NCBI GenBank assembly: GCA_043819135.1
Contig: JBDRFG010000008.1
Location: 29,004 to 93,003 of the forward strand
Reading direction: 5' to 3'
DNA length: 64,000 nt
From: Candidatus Eiseniibacteriota bacterium
GTDB lineage: Bacteria; Joyebacterota; Joyebacteria; Joyebacterales; Joyebacteraceae
This document shows, one piece after another, positions 19,867-28,972 of this stretch (the first letter of the stretch is position 1; each line of letters opens with the position of its first letter). The notes beneath the pieces were generated by a model that was not told where the DNA came from, did no database searches, and saw only the letters and a list, made by a program, of their open reading frames with translations. The translations under genes were made by a program, and so were the position numbers.

Positions 19867-19895
19867 ACACTACCCTGATGTTGAAACGGTGTCAA
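19867..19895 (-). promoter_or_regulatory. sigma70-type promoter of the YIP1-tol-pal operon
   Basis: TTGACA-17 bp-TAGTGT. Confidence 0.7.
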
Positions 19896-19917
19896 GAAGG
19901 GAGAGCCTGTCGGCAGG

Positions 19918-20832
19918 TCAGATTCCTCTCACCGACCGCTTCCGCCGCTCGAACGTCGCTATCTCCTTGATGCCGGCCTTCTCGAGCATGCGAACGGCGA
20001 TGTCGAAGTCCATGCCGACCTGGCGGGGCGCATGGGCGTCGGAGCCAAGCGTGACCGCGACGCCGTGCCGGGCACAGAGCTTCAGGAAGGACAGGCTGGG
20101 GTACGGCTCCACGGCACGCACCCTCAGCCCGGATGTGTTCACTTCGATGGCGACGCCCGCCTCGCTCAACGCGAGCGCGGCGGCCTCGTAGAGGTGGTCG
20201 ATGGGCACCCGGCTGACGATGCCGTGTTTCTTCACAAGGTCGGGGTGCGCCATGATATCGAACCCGCCCTCACGGGCGGCCTCACAGAAGAGCGCGAAGT
20301 ACTCCACGTAGACCTCGTCGGGGTCTCGCCCCTGATAGCTCGACAGCCGTCTGCTGTCGTCGAACCCCCATCCGTCGATGTAGTGCACGGAGCCGTAGAC
20401 GTAGTCGAAGTCGATGTCTGCGGCCGCGGCCCAGATCTCGTCCATCTGCCCCGGAAAGTAGTCCATTTCGATGCCGAGCCGCACCGTGATGCCGCCGGCC
20501 GCACCGCGCAGTTCCTCGATGAGACTGACGTATTGCGGAAGCTGATGCGGTCCCATCGTCAGGTGCTCGTCGCTGATCCTCAGGAGCGGCATGTGGTCGG
20601 CGAACCCTATCTCCGTGAGACCGCGTTTCACGGCCTCGCGTACGTAGTCGATCGGCTCTCCGATGGCGTGTCCACAGAGCTTCGTGTGAATGTGGTAGTC
20701 GACGAGGTTGCGGAACCGGGCGGGTTCGAGCTCGCGGGTCTGGCGCGTCCAACCGAGCCAGCGGCGCTTGAGGCCGCGCCTCACCCTCAAAACCTGGCCT
20801 CTGGCACACGCGAAGGGGCTTCTTACCGTCAT
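19918..20832 (-). CDS. PHP-domain histidinol-phosphatase (HisJ/HisK family)
   Basis: DYHIHT..CGHA, DH, GSVH, AHPD, EVNTSG and GSDAH motifs. Confidence 0.88.
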   Translation of the reverse strand: MTVRSPFACARGQVLRVRRGLKRRWLGWTRQTRELEPARFRNLVDYHIHTKLCGHAIGEPIDYVREAVKRGLTEIGFADHMPLLRISDEHLTMGPHQLPQYVSLIEELRGAAGGITVRLGIEMDYFPGQMDEIWAAAADIDFDYVYGSVHYIDGWGFDDSRRLSSYQGRDPDEVYVEYFALFCEAAREGGFDIMAHPDLVKKHGIVSRVPIDHLYEAAALALSEAGVAIEVNTSGLRVRAVEPYPSLSFLKLCARHGVAVTLGSDAHAPRQVGMDFDIAVRMLEKAGIKEIATFERRKRSVRGI

Positions 20833-21353
20833 CGCTCCTCCACCTGGGGATCTGCCTCCACTCCCAGCTTCCGCGCAACGTCACCGGTCGCGGCTTCCAC
20901 CATCTCGCGCAGCCGGTCGGGGGAGTCACTGACGCTGACGGCGGCCATTCGGCGGCGGCCGACAACTGACGCGGCCGTCCCGATCAACTTGACGCGCCCC
21001 TCGGGCAGCGCCTGTATGTGGAGGCTGACGATTGCCCAGGCGACCGGATCTTCTCCGACGGTGACCTCGGCGGTGGACGTTTCCCTCAGGCCCCGTGCGA
21101 ACATCCGGGTCGCAAGCACGGCGAACGAGTCTGCCGGGACCGCCAGAAGGGAATCGGGAACGGCGATGGTGGCCCTCTCCACTCGTATCGTGCGCGGGCC
21201 GTCCGCCGGAACCAGCTCCACCGAACAGCGGTGGACGCCGACAGCGACGAAGACCAGGCTGACGAAGAGCAGCACCTTGAGCCACGGGGACTGAGACCGC
21301 CACCCGCCTCCCGTGACTGGACGTTCCTGCTCCGCACTCTCCGGCTTCCGCAC
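20829..21353 (-). CDS. Hypothetical membrane-anchored protein
   Basis: One TM helix; ATGA overlap with the PHP gene. Confidence 0.6.
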   Translation of the reverse strand: MRKPESAEQERPVTGGGWRSQSPWLKVLLFVSLVFVAVGVHRCSVELVPADGPRTIRVERATIAVPDSLLAVPADSFAVLATRMFARGLRETSTAEVTVGEDPVAWAIVSLHIQALPEGRVKLIGTAASVVGRRRMAAVSVSDSPDRLREMVEAATGDVARKLGVEADPQVEER

Positions 21354-21359
21354 GGGCGA

Positions 21360-22838
21360 CTACTCCTCTCCCCACGCGCGCTTGAGCAGGGCTGGGTCGG
21401 GTGGGCTGGTGAACAGACTGACCACAACGAAGACCACGAGCGACACGAAGACCCCGGGGATGAACCCGTGCAGACCGAGCGGATTACCCCCGAGTACCCG
21501 CCCCGCAATCATCCACGCCAGCGCGACCACCACCCCGACCATCATGGACGATGTAGCGCCTGCCCTCGTTCCCCGCTTCCAGTAAACACCGAGCACGACC
21601 GGCCACAGACAGGCCGACGCGATGACCGCCCAAGCGAACGCCGTGATGACCAGCACGAGCGCGGGCGGGCGGAACGCTATGAAGAGAGCGATGAGCCCCG
21701 CCATGAGGCTCGCCATCCGCCCCAGCAGAACCTCGTGGGAGGGACTACTGCCGGCGCTTGCTTCTCCGGATGGATTCGTCGGTGCGCCGCCGCGACGCAG
21801 GTCTCTGACGATAGCGCCGCTGACGATTATCAGCACGGACGCGAACGTCGACATGCCGGCGGCCAGGACTCCCGCGAGGAAGATGGCGCCGCCCCAGGGG
21901 TTCAGCACGGCCTGCGTCAACATCGGGATGGCGAGGTCGGGATTCTCGAGCGGCGGCAGAAGCAATCGGCTCATCGCGCCGGTCATGTAGGGCAGAACGG
22001 CCATTGCGCCGCCGAGCGTCGCCAGCACCGTACCCAGCCTGAGGACCCGCGTGTTCTTCATCGAGTAGAATCGCACAAGAAGCTGCGGCATGCCCCAGAC
22101 CCCCAGGCTCACGATGAGAGCGTAGGACACGAGCCCTCCCCAACCCCACACGCCGGGCGTCTCGACAAGCCCCGGGTCCAGCGCGGCGAGCTTGAGGCTT
22201 GCCTGGGTGAGGCCTCCGACTTTGCCGAGCGTGGCGAACGCCAGCAGCAGCAGACCGAAGATCATGATCCAGGCCTGGACGAAGCTGGTCCAGACAACGG
22301 CCAGGTACCCCCCTACGGAGACGTATATGAGAATGATGAGTCCGGCTATGAGCACGGCAGTCGTGTAGGGAATGCCCATAAGGCCTTCCATGATGCGCCC
22401 CATGCCCACCAACACACTCACGTTGTAGACGATCATGAAGACGAATATGATGAGCGCGGAGAAGACCTCGGCCTCGCGCGCTCCGTAGCGCTTCCCGATG
22501 AACCCTGGAATGGTCATGGAGTCGAGGCGCGTGGTGAACTGCCACAGTCTCCGCCCCAGCACGATCCACACCAGCGTGCATCCCACGAGGACGTTCGCCG
22601 CCGCGATCCACAGAGTGGACATCCCGTAGCTGTAGCCGAACGCGCCCCCGCCGACGATGACGACAGAGCTGAAGTACGCTGCCACGAACGAGAACGCCGT
22701 CACCCACGGGCCTACCTGCCGGCCTCCGATGTAGAAATCCGACGCGCTCTTCGTCTTCCTGCCCATCCAGAGCCCGAGTCCTACGAGCAGCGCAAGGTAG
22801 AGACCCAGGACCGTCGCGTAGACCGCGGTGTTAGTCAT
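21360..22838 (-). CDS. Sodium:solute symporter (PutP/PanF-like)
   Basis: About 13 TMs; DFYIGGR, GGYLAVVWT and GMPQLLVRF motifs. Confidence 0.92.
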   Translation of the reverse strand: MTNTAVYATVLGLYLALLVGLGLWMGRKTKSASDFYIGGRQVGPWVTAFSFVAAYFSSVVIVGGGAFGYSYGMSTLWIAAANVLVGCTLVWIVLGRRLWQFTTRLDSMTIPGFIGKRYGAREAEVFSALIIFVFMIVYNVSVLVGMGRIMEGLMGIPYTTAVLIAGLIILIYVSVGGYLAVVWTSFVQAWIMIFGLLLLAFATLGKVGGLTQASLKLAALDPGLVETPGVWGWGGLVSYALIVSLGVWGMPQLLVRFYSMKNTRVLRLGTVLATLGGAMAVLPYMTGAMSRLLLPPLENPDLAIPMLTQAVLNPWGGAIFLAGVLAAGMSTFASVLIIVSGAIVRDLRRGGAPTNPSGEASAGSSPSHEVLLGRMASLMAGLIALFIAFRPPALVLVITAFAWAVIASACLWPVVLGVYWKRGTRAGATSSMMVGVVVALAWMIAGRVLGGNPLGLHGFIPGVFVSLVVFVVVSLFTSPPDPALLKRAWGEE

Positions 22839-22953
22839 TTGGCCCTCCGTCCGATCCCGAGAACCACACGGCCCAGACGATCGAGGTGACGATACTGGCT
22901 GCCACGACCAACAGAGCGCTGAAGGTCGGCCACGGAAGTCCGAATGGTCCCAT
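22831..22953 (-). CDS. 40-aa single-TM protein, probable symporter accessory subunit (absent from the ORF track)
   Basis: AGGAGG then ATG; MGPFGLPWPTFSALLVVAASIVTSIVWAVWFSGSDGGPND*; overlaps the symporter start. Confidence 0.7.
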   Translation of the reverse strand: MGPFGLPWPTFSALLVVAASIVTSIVWAVWFSGSDGGPND

Positions 22954-22986
22954 GCTTCCTCCTGAACGGAGCCGCCGCGAGTTCCC

Positions 22987-23841
22987 CTAGAAGAACCGGT
23001 AGTAGACCCTGACGTACGGCGCCCAGTCGTAGTCGAGCGCGCTGACGCCCACCTTGCCCCTGGCGCTCGCGGATATCAGGGCACTCACACCGATATTCAG
23101 GTTGTCCCCGTTCCACATGATGCCGGGGCACGCGTAGGTCCTGTAGAACTCCGAGGGTGTCTGCCCGAACACGCCCTTGAACTCCCAGAGCAGGTTCCAG
23201 CTCTCATCGAGCGGCGCCTCGATGGTCGCCAGGGCCGCGATGAGATCCGGCACGTCCCCGCCGCTCTCGCGGTCTCCGTTGAGCCAGTAGGTCAGGCACG
23301 CGTGTCCGGTGATGGCGCCTTCCTGATGCGTGATGACGCCGCCCACCATGTAGTCCGTAGACCCGTCCGACAGAGGGATGTCCCCGTCGGCACCGCCTGT
23401 CGGGAATCTGACGCCGACGAGGGCCGCCACGCGGGGGTACCCGCTTTCACCCCTGAACAGCTGGATCTTCGGGTCGATGATGATGTCACCCAGACCCGTT
23501 GCCGACTTTGCCGGTTCCTCGAGATCGTACTGGCGGTACTGGTCCTCCAGGGGCAACGCGGCGCGCACCGTGAGCCAGTCCGTCACGCCGTAGTAGATAC
23601 GGGGAACAAGTGAACCGGCGGTCCACTGTCTCTCTTCCGTGAAGCCTACCCAGCCCGACCCGCCGTTGCCGTCCTCCTGCCACGAAACCGTGAAGTCCAG
23701 CCACGAACTCCAGACATCGAGCATGAACGTCCCGGCGGGGATGGTGTTGGCGCTCGCGCTGACGATCGGAAGAGCCGAGGCGGCAGACGTGAGGAGCAGC
23801 ATGCAGGCAACGGCCAGCACGTGGAGCCTCGTGATCTTCAA
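22987..23841 (-). CDS. Putative outer-membrane beta-barrel channel (MetA-pathway/SphA transporter-like)
   Basis: Signal peptide; GLGDI..FPTG motif; C-terminal aromatic YYRFF; TTG start with GGAGG. Confidence 0.7.
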   Translation of the reverse strand: MKITRLHVLAVACMLLLTSAASALPIVSASANTIPAGTFMLDVWSSWLDFTVSWQEDGNGGSGWVGFTEERQWTAGSLVPRIYYGVTDWLTVRAALPLEDQYRQYDLEEPAKSATGLGDIIIDPKIQLFRGESGYPRVAALVGVRFPTGGADGDIPLSDGSTDYMVGGVITHQEGAITGHACLTYWLNGDRESGGDVPDLIAALATIEAPLDESWNLLWEFKGVFGQTPSEFYRTYACPGIMWNGDNLNIGVSALISASARGKVGVSALDYDWAPYVRVYYRFF

Positions 23842-23910
23842 TTCGTTCCCTCCGCGAAGGAGATGGTGCCCGACACGAGCGGGCACAGACGATCAGCCAT
23901 CATTACCGAG

Positions 23911-23939
23911 ACACTAGTGCATACCGCTCGAGGGGTCAA
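23911..23939 (-). promoter_or_regulatory. sigma70-type promoter
   Basis: TTGACC-17 bp-TAGTGT. Confidence 0.6.
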
Positions 23940-24010
23940 TCCCGCTGTGAGGCCTGAGGTACCTGCTCGCGTCCGGCAGGTGATGCCCGGCACCTACGAC
24001 GCCGCGATGC

Positions 24011-24039
24011 TTGGCCTCCGTGCGCGCATGTGCTATGGT
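24011..24039 (+). promoter_or_regulatory. sigma70-type promoter with extended -10
   Basis: TTGGCC-17 bp-TATGGT, with TGn before the -10. Confidence 0.45.
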
Positions 24040-24089
24040 CTTGATTGGAAATCACACTCAACAAGTGGCAGGATTCTGGAGCCCAAAAC

Positions 24090-25436
24090 ATGAAGATGTC
24101 GTCCATTCCCAGAAGTGCCAGGTTGTTCCTGACCCTATCGTCTGCTCTCGCCGTCGCTGGCGTGCTCTTCTTGTTCGCCGTCTCTTCAGCGCAGAGCACG
24201 TCCGCGGACCGCGGCGCTCCTCCCGGCGCATGGCGGTCCAAGATCAGGGAGCCGGAAACTCCCACGGGCGGATGGCGTACGGCCAGAGGCTCGCACCTGA
24301 CCGAGGAACAGCAGATCGAGCTGAACAGACTTGAATCGCTGGGCTATCTGGCAGGCGGAGCGAGCGCTCCTTCCCAGTCCGGCATCACCGTCTGCGACGA
24401 ATCACGCAGCTGGAGCGGCCTCAACCTGTACGTCTCCGGTGATTCGCCGGGAGCCAGGCTCATGGACATGGACGGCAACGTGCTCCACGAGTGGATCTAC
24501 TCGTTCTCCGACGCGTGGCCTGGTCGCTCCCTGGAATTCAAGTATGAGAGAGGAGCCGAATACTGGTTCCACGCTCATCTCTTTGAGAACGGAGACATCA
24601 TCGGTGTCTTCAACGGTCTCGGCCTGGTGAAGCTCGACAAAGACTCCAACCTTATCTGGAAGTACACCAGCGGGAGCCATCATCACATCCACGTCACAGA
24701 TGACGGACGCATATTCACCATCACTCGTGAGTTCAGGCTGGATCCCAGAATCAGCACCACGAACAAGATGTCAGGAGACGCGATCGCCGTTCTGGACGCG
24801 AACGGAAGGGAGCTCTCTCGCGTCTCCGTGCTCGAGGCGTTCTGGAATTCGGACTACGCAAGCTGGCTGAGGACAGGGGTCATCAATGCCGGTCGGCAGA
24901 AGATCGACCCATTCCACACCAACAGGATCGTGCCTCTTGATGGGAGGCTTCAGGGACGCATCCCGGCATTCAAGGAGGGAAACGTCCTTCTCTCCATGAG
25001 GAACCTCAACGCGCTCGCCGTACTCGACATGGAACGTGGTGAGATCGTGTGGACGATGTCTGGCATGTGGTTGCAGCAGCATTGCCCGTCCGTTCTCGAC
25101 AACGGCAACATTCTCCTGTTCGACAATCAGGGAGATTACGGCTCGTCACGCATATTGGAGTTCGACCCAGTCACGCAGAAGATAGCCTGGCTCTACGAGG
25201 GGAATGGGGAGGACGACTTCTACTCCGAGAAATTCGGGAGCGTCCAGAGGCTCCCCAATGGAAACTCTCTCATTGCGGAGTCACACTTCGGCAGGGCGTT
25301 GGAGGTTACACCGTGGGGCGACATCGTCTGGGAGTACTACAATCCCGCACGCGCCGGGGACAATAACGAGTTCATAGCGAATCTCTTCGAGATCGAACGC
25401 CTTCCCCAGGACTTCCCGACGGACTGGCTGAACTAG
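24090..25436 (+). CDS. Arylsulfotransferase (ASST) family secreted protein
   Basis: Signal/TM segment; HH, FHTN, QQH, FDN and QRLPNGNSLI motifs. Confidence 0.85.
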   Translation: MKMSSIPRSARLFLTLSSALAVAGVLFLFAVSSAQSTSADRGAPPGAWRSKIREPETPTGGWRTARGSHLTEEQQIELNRLESLGYLAGGASAPSQSGITVCDESRSWSGLNLYVSGDSPGARLMDMDGNVLHEWIYSFSDAWPGRSLEFKYERGAEYWFHAHLFENGDIIGVFNGLGLVKLDKDSNLIWKYTSGSHHHIHVTDDGRIFTITREFRLDPRISTTNKMSGDAIAVLDANGRELSRVSVLEAFWNSDYASWLRTGVINAGRQKIDPFHTNRIVPLDGRLQGRIPAFKEGNVLLSMRNLNALAVLDMERGEIVWTMSGMWLQQHCPSVLDNGNILLFDNQGDYGSSRILEFDPVTQKIAWLYEGNGEDDFYSEKFGSVQRLPNGNSLIAESHFGRALEVTPWGDIVWEYYNPARAGDNNEFIANLFEIERLPQDFPTDWLN

Positions 25437-25468
25437 GCCGCCAGTGGTCGATCCAATTCATCAATGCA

Positions 25469-26026
25469 TCAGCCACCGTATTCATCCATCCAGGCGAACT
25501 CCTCGAACGGGTGTCGCCCCGGACGCGTCGGCTCGCCGGCGGCCTGATCCTCCGACAAGAGATCGTTGATCTCGTCCGTGTGCTTCCCGAATATGATGAG
25601 CGAGACCACGTGCATGTCGTCCGGGACGCCGAGAACGCCGCGGACCTTCTTCGGGCTGTAGCCGGCTATCGGGTGCGCGACGAGTCCTAGTTCGGTGGCC
25701 CGCAGGATCATGAGTGCTGTCGCCATGCCCGAGTCGAACAGAAAATATTCACGCTCTCTGATCTGACAGTCAAGATCGACCCGGCTGAGAACGGCCACGA
25801 TCATGGACGAGGCACGCGCCCACGCGTTGCCGTCTGAAAGCGTTCCGAACATCTGATCGAGAACATCGGGTTTCCGCACGAAGACGAAGCGCCACGGCTG
25901 GTTGTTGAAGCACGAGGCGGACAGCCGCGCTGCCTCAGCGAGATCTCTGACGGTCTCGTCTGATATTTCCACCGGAGCCAGCGCCCTGTACGCCCGTCTC
26001 GCTTCTATCGCGTCCTTGACGTTCAC
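25469..26026 (-). CDS. Nitroreductase family protein
   Basis: RRAYR, SCFNNQPWRF and GLVAHPIAG. Confidence 0.9.
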   Translation of the reverse strand: MNVKDAIEARRAYRALAPVEISDETVRDLAEAARLSASCFNNQPWRFVFVRKPDVLDQMFGTLSDGNAWARASSMIVAVLSRVDLDCQIREREYFLFDSGMATALMILRATELGLVAHPIAGYSPKKVRGVLGVPDDMHVVSLIIFGKHTDEINDLLSEDQAAGEPTRPGRHPFEEFAWMDEYGG

Positions 26027-26067
26027 TGTCGCGTCTCCCTCTGTTGGATGCATATTCTACCGCAGGC

Positions 26068-26910
26068 TCATCGGTCCATCAGAGACCGCACGCGCTCGAG
26101 CCTGTCGTCCCGGTCCGGGTGGTCCGCCACCGGGTTCCGGTCGCCGTAGAGGCGCGCTCCGTGGGACGGGCGCTCGACCCTGTATAGGATTCCAGAGAAG
26201 AGTCGGTCCTTCACGCGCGCGAACTTGAGCGCCTCTTCCAGCGAAGCCGCAGGCGCGTCGACAGCCTCCACCATGGCCTCGTATCTCTCATAGTAGTTGG
26301 TGAACGTGACGCTCGGCTGCAGCACCTCCACAAGAGAGAACCCCTCGTGCTCGACGGCCGCTACGATGATGCCGGACAGCTCCTCGATCCTCGCAGAGTA
26401 CCCTCGAGCAACGAAGGTCGCGCCTGCCTCCAGCATCAGCACCAGCGGGTTGAAGGGATCCTCCTCGTTGCCGTGCGGCGTCGAGGGACCCTCGAACCCG
26501 GCCTCGCTGGTCGGCGAGCGCTGTCCCGTTGTCAGCGCGTAGACACCGTTGTCGTGGACGACCACCGTGATGTCGGCGTTCCTCTTCGCGGCGAAGAGCA
26601 GGTGCGCGATGCCCTCCCCGTACCCCGCCCCGTCGCCCGTGAAGGCCAGGACCTTGAGTTCCGGGTTCGCGAGCTTCGCTCCCTGCGCAACGGCCACCGA
26701 CCGCCCGTGAAGGGAGTACACGCCGGACAGAGAGAGGTAGTCGAATATCTTCGCGTGGCATCCTATGCATGCGGTCATGAAGAGCCGGTCGCTACCGATG
26801 CCGCGTCCTTCGAGCACCTTCACCGCCCTCTTCACGGCGTTCATGATCACGAAGTTGCCGCACCCGGGACACCAGGTATTCTCAGCTCCTGTCGAAAGGT
26901 CGTCCTGCAT
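26068..26910 (-). CDS. korB: 2-oxoacid:ferredoxin oxidoreductase beta subunit
   Basis: WCPGCGN, IGC, HGR, TPP motif GDG...N, YALTTGQRSPT. Confidence 0.9.
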   Translation of the reverse strand: MQDDLSTGAENTWCPGCGNFVIMNAVKRAVKVLEGRGIGSDRLFMTACIGCHAKIFDYLSLSGVYSLHGRSVAVAQGAKLANPELKVLAFTGDGAGYGEGIAHLLFAAKRNADITVVVHDNGVYALTTGQRSPTSEAGFEGPSTPHGNEEDPFNPLVLMLEAGATFVARGYSARIEELSGIIVAAVEHEGFSLVEVLQPSVTFTNYYERYEAMVEAVDAPAASLEEALKFARVKDRLFSGILYRVERPSHGARLYGDRNPVADHPDRDDRLERVRSLMDR

Positions 26911-26967
26911 ATCGCTGCTCCTTCGATGATTCGGCCATCGCCCGGCGGGACGCCGGGCCACCTGACT

Positions 26968-28626
26968 CTAGCCGATGGCTTCCCGGATCTCTTCCGCCAA
27001 CTCAACGGGCTCGAACGGACGACCGTCGTACCGCAGGATGACATCCGACGCACTTCCGCCAGCGCGCTCCGCCATAAACGTAGCGAACTGGCCGGTCGAA
27101 CTCTGTTCGACCACTACCGTTGTCTCGTCCTCCAGGTCCGTGAGTTCCCACACCGGGAACGGCTCGAGGTAGATGGGCTGGACCACGCGCGCGGTGATTC
27201 CGCCTGCGGCCAATGCCTCGAGAACGCTCATGGTGGTCGAGCCGTAGGTCAGAATGACCGGACCTTCGTCCCCGAAACGATTGACGGTCTTCAGCCCGCG
27301 CAGGTGCTCGGTGAGCGAAGCGCCCTTTCTGTCTCGCTTGTCGTGCATGGCCGCTATCGCGTCGCCCTCTTCCGTGGTGATGCCATCCTCGTCGTGCTCG
27401 TAGCTGGTCCACTTGATGGACTCGGCGGAGGGTGGGAAGAGAAGAGGAGACACGCCGTTCGCGGTCTCTCGGTAGCGCCGGTAGCCGCTGCCCGCGTGCA
27501 TGAGCGGCTCCGCCCACGCCGCCGACCCCGCGTCTATCTCGGTCGTCACCCTGCTCTCCGACAGATGCTTCTCAGTCAGGAGTATCCCCGGAGTCTGGTA
27601 GGTCCAGACCAGCGCCAGCATCTCCGCCGCGAGCCTGAAGGCCTCTGCAACCGTGCCCGGCGACGCTATGACGCGGGGGAAGTCGCCGTGGCCCTGACCG
27701 AGCGCGAACCGCAGGTCCGCCTGCTCGGTGTACGTTGGGACTCCCGTCGACGGCCCCGGCCGCGACGACAGGACGCTCAGGAACGGGGTCTCCGCCATGC
27801 CGGCGAACGAGAAGGCCTCCTCCATCAGCGCGAAGCCCCCCCCGCTCGTTCCGACCATCACTCGCGCGCCCGCGGCGGCTGCGCCTACGGCCATGTTGGC
27901 CACGGCGATCTCGCTCTCAGGGTGGATGACTGTGATGCCAAGGTCCCTGTCGTGGGCGGCCAGGAAGTGGAGCACGGTCGACGCCGGAGTCATCGGATAG
28001 CCGATGTACATGTCCAGCCCGGCGGCAGCCGCGCCCAGAGCAATCGCCTCGTTGCCCGTGAACATCCGCTTCTCATCGCCACCGCGATCCACTGTGAATC
28101 GCCCGCCGGCCTCCTTCCTAACGTGGTCGTATATGGCGGAGGCGAACGCGATGTTGTCCTCGAGGTCGTGCCTGTATTCTTGTTTGATCAGAGCAGCGAG
28201 TTCCTTCTGCGACAGACCGACGGTGGCGCACAACGCGGCTAGCCCGCTGACACCGACTCTCAGCGCCGCGTTGGGATACTTGGCCGCCTCCGTCGACATG
28301 GGCACGCCGATGCCCTCTCCGTTCTTCACCGCATCGGAGTTGAACACCATGACGCCGCCGTCCCCCAGGTGAGACCTGTGCGCCTTGTAGCTGCGCTCGT
28401 CAAGAACGACAACCACGTCCGCCCCCATGTAGTGGCTGAGGACCTCGCGCGTGGAGCTCGTGACCACCGAGAAATTGTGGCCTCCCCTGATGAGACTTGG
28501 GTAGTCATCCATCTGGAAGACGTGCCGCCCCATGGAGGCGAACATGTTCGCGGCCGTCGAGCCCGCCTTCTTCACTCCTTCTCCGGCCTTGCCACCGACT
28601 ATGTAGGTGAACACGTCTGCCGCCAT
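26968..28626 (-). CDS. korA: 2-oxoacid:acceptor oxidoreductase alpha subunit (gamma-alpha fusion)
   Basis: IRGGHN, GYPMTP, ESEIA, TSGGGF and RPGPSTGVPT. Confidence 0.92.
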   Translation of the reverse strand: MAADVFTYIVGGKAGEGVKKAGSTAANMFASMGRHVFQMDDYPSLIRGGHNFSVVTSSTREVLSHYMGADVVVVLDERSYKAHRSHLGDGGVMVFNSDAVKNGEGIGVPMSTEAAKYPNAALRVGVSGLAALCATVGLSQKELAALIKQEYRHDLEDNIAFASAIYDHVRKEAGGRFTVDRGGDEKRMFTGNEAIALGAAAAGLDMYIGYPMTPASTVLHFLAAHDRDLGITVIHPESEIAVANMAVGAAAAGARVMVGTSGGGFALMEEAFSFAGMAETPFLSVLSSRPGPSTGVPTYTEQADLRFALGQGHGDFPRVIASPGTVAEAFRLAAEMLALVWTYQTPGILLTEKHLSESRVTTEIDAGSAAWAEPLMHAGSGYRRYRETANGVSPLLFPPSAESIKWTSYEHDEDGITTEEGDAIAAMHDKRDRKGASLTEHLRGLKTVNRFGDEGPVILTYGSTTMSVLEALAAGGITARVVQPIYLEPFPVWELTDLEDETTVVVEQSSTGQFATFMAERAGGSASDVILRYDGRPFEPVELAEEIREAIG

Positions 28627-28660
28627 CGCGCTCTGCTCCTGCGGGCCGGGTGTTTCTCCG

Positions 28661-28909
28661 TTGAGCACCGTCTGTCAACACGCGCTCAACCGTGTATCAA
28701 CACCTCATCTACGGCCTGCTGTAAGAGTTATCACCATTCTGCGGCCGGTTGTGCACCACCAACGTCCTGTTGTACACTTCGGCCGACGAATTCTCCACCG
28801 CATCACATCGGGTTGTGCACCGCGGAGGCTCGCGTCCGCACCGGCTGCCCACTGAGCATCCCCTGTCCATCCACCTGATGTCCACGGGGTTATCCCACGG
28901 CTGTCCACA
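28661..28909 (+). repeat. Helically phased array of degenerate DnaA-box-like 9-mers
   Basis: About 17 co-oriented 9-mers (e.g. CTGTCAACA, TTATCACCA, TTGTGCACC x2, TTGTACACT, TTCTCCACC, CTGTCCACA) spaced 11-12 or 21-23 bp. Confidence 0.6.
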
Positions 28910-28972
28910 TCACGCCGCAGGCGGCCGTCCCATGGGGCGCCAGCGCCGCCATCGCCCGGCTCCCGGCATCTT

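Noticed and set aside
28661-28909. CRISPR array or oriC call for the periodic region
   Set aside because: Units are 9-mers with very short gaps rather than repeat-spacer units; no cas or dnaA genes and no AT-rich unwinding element
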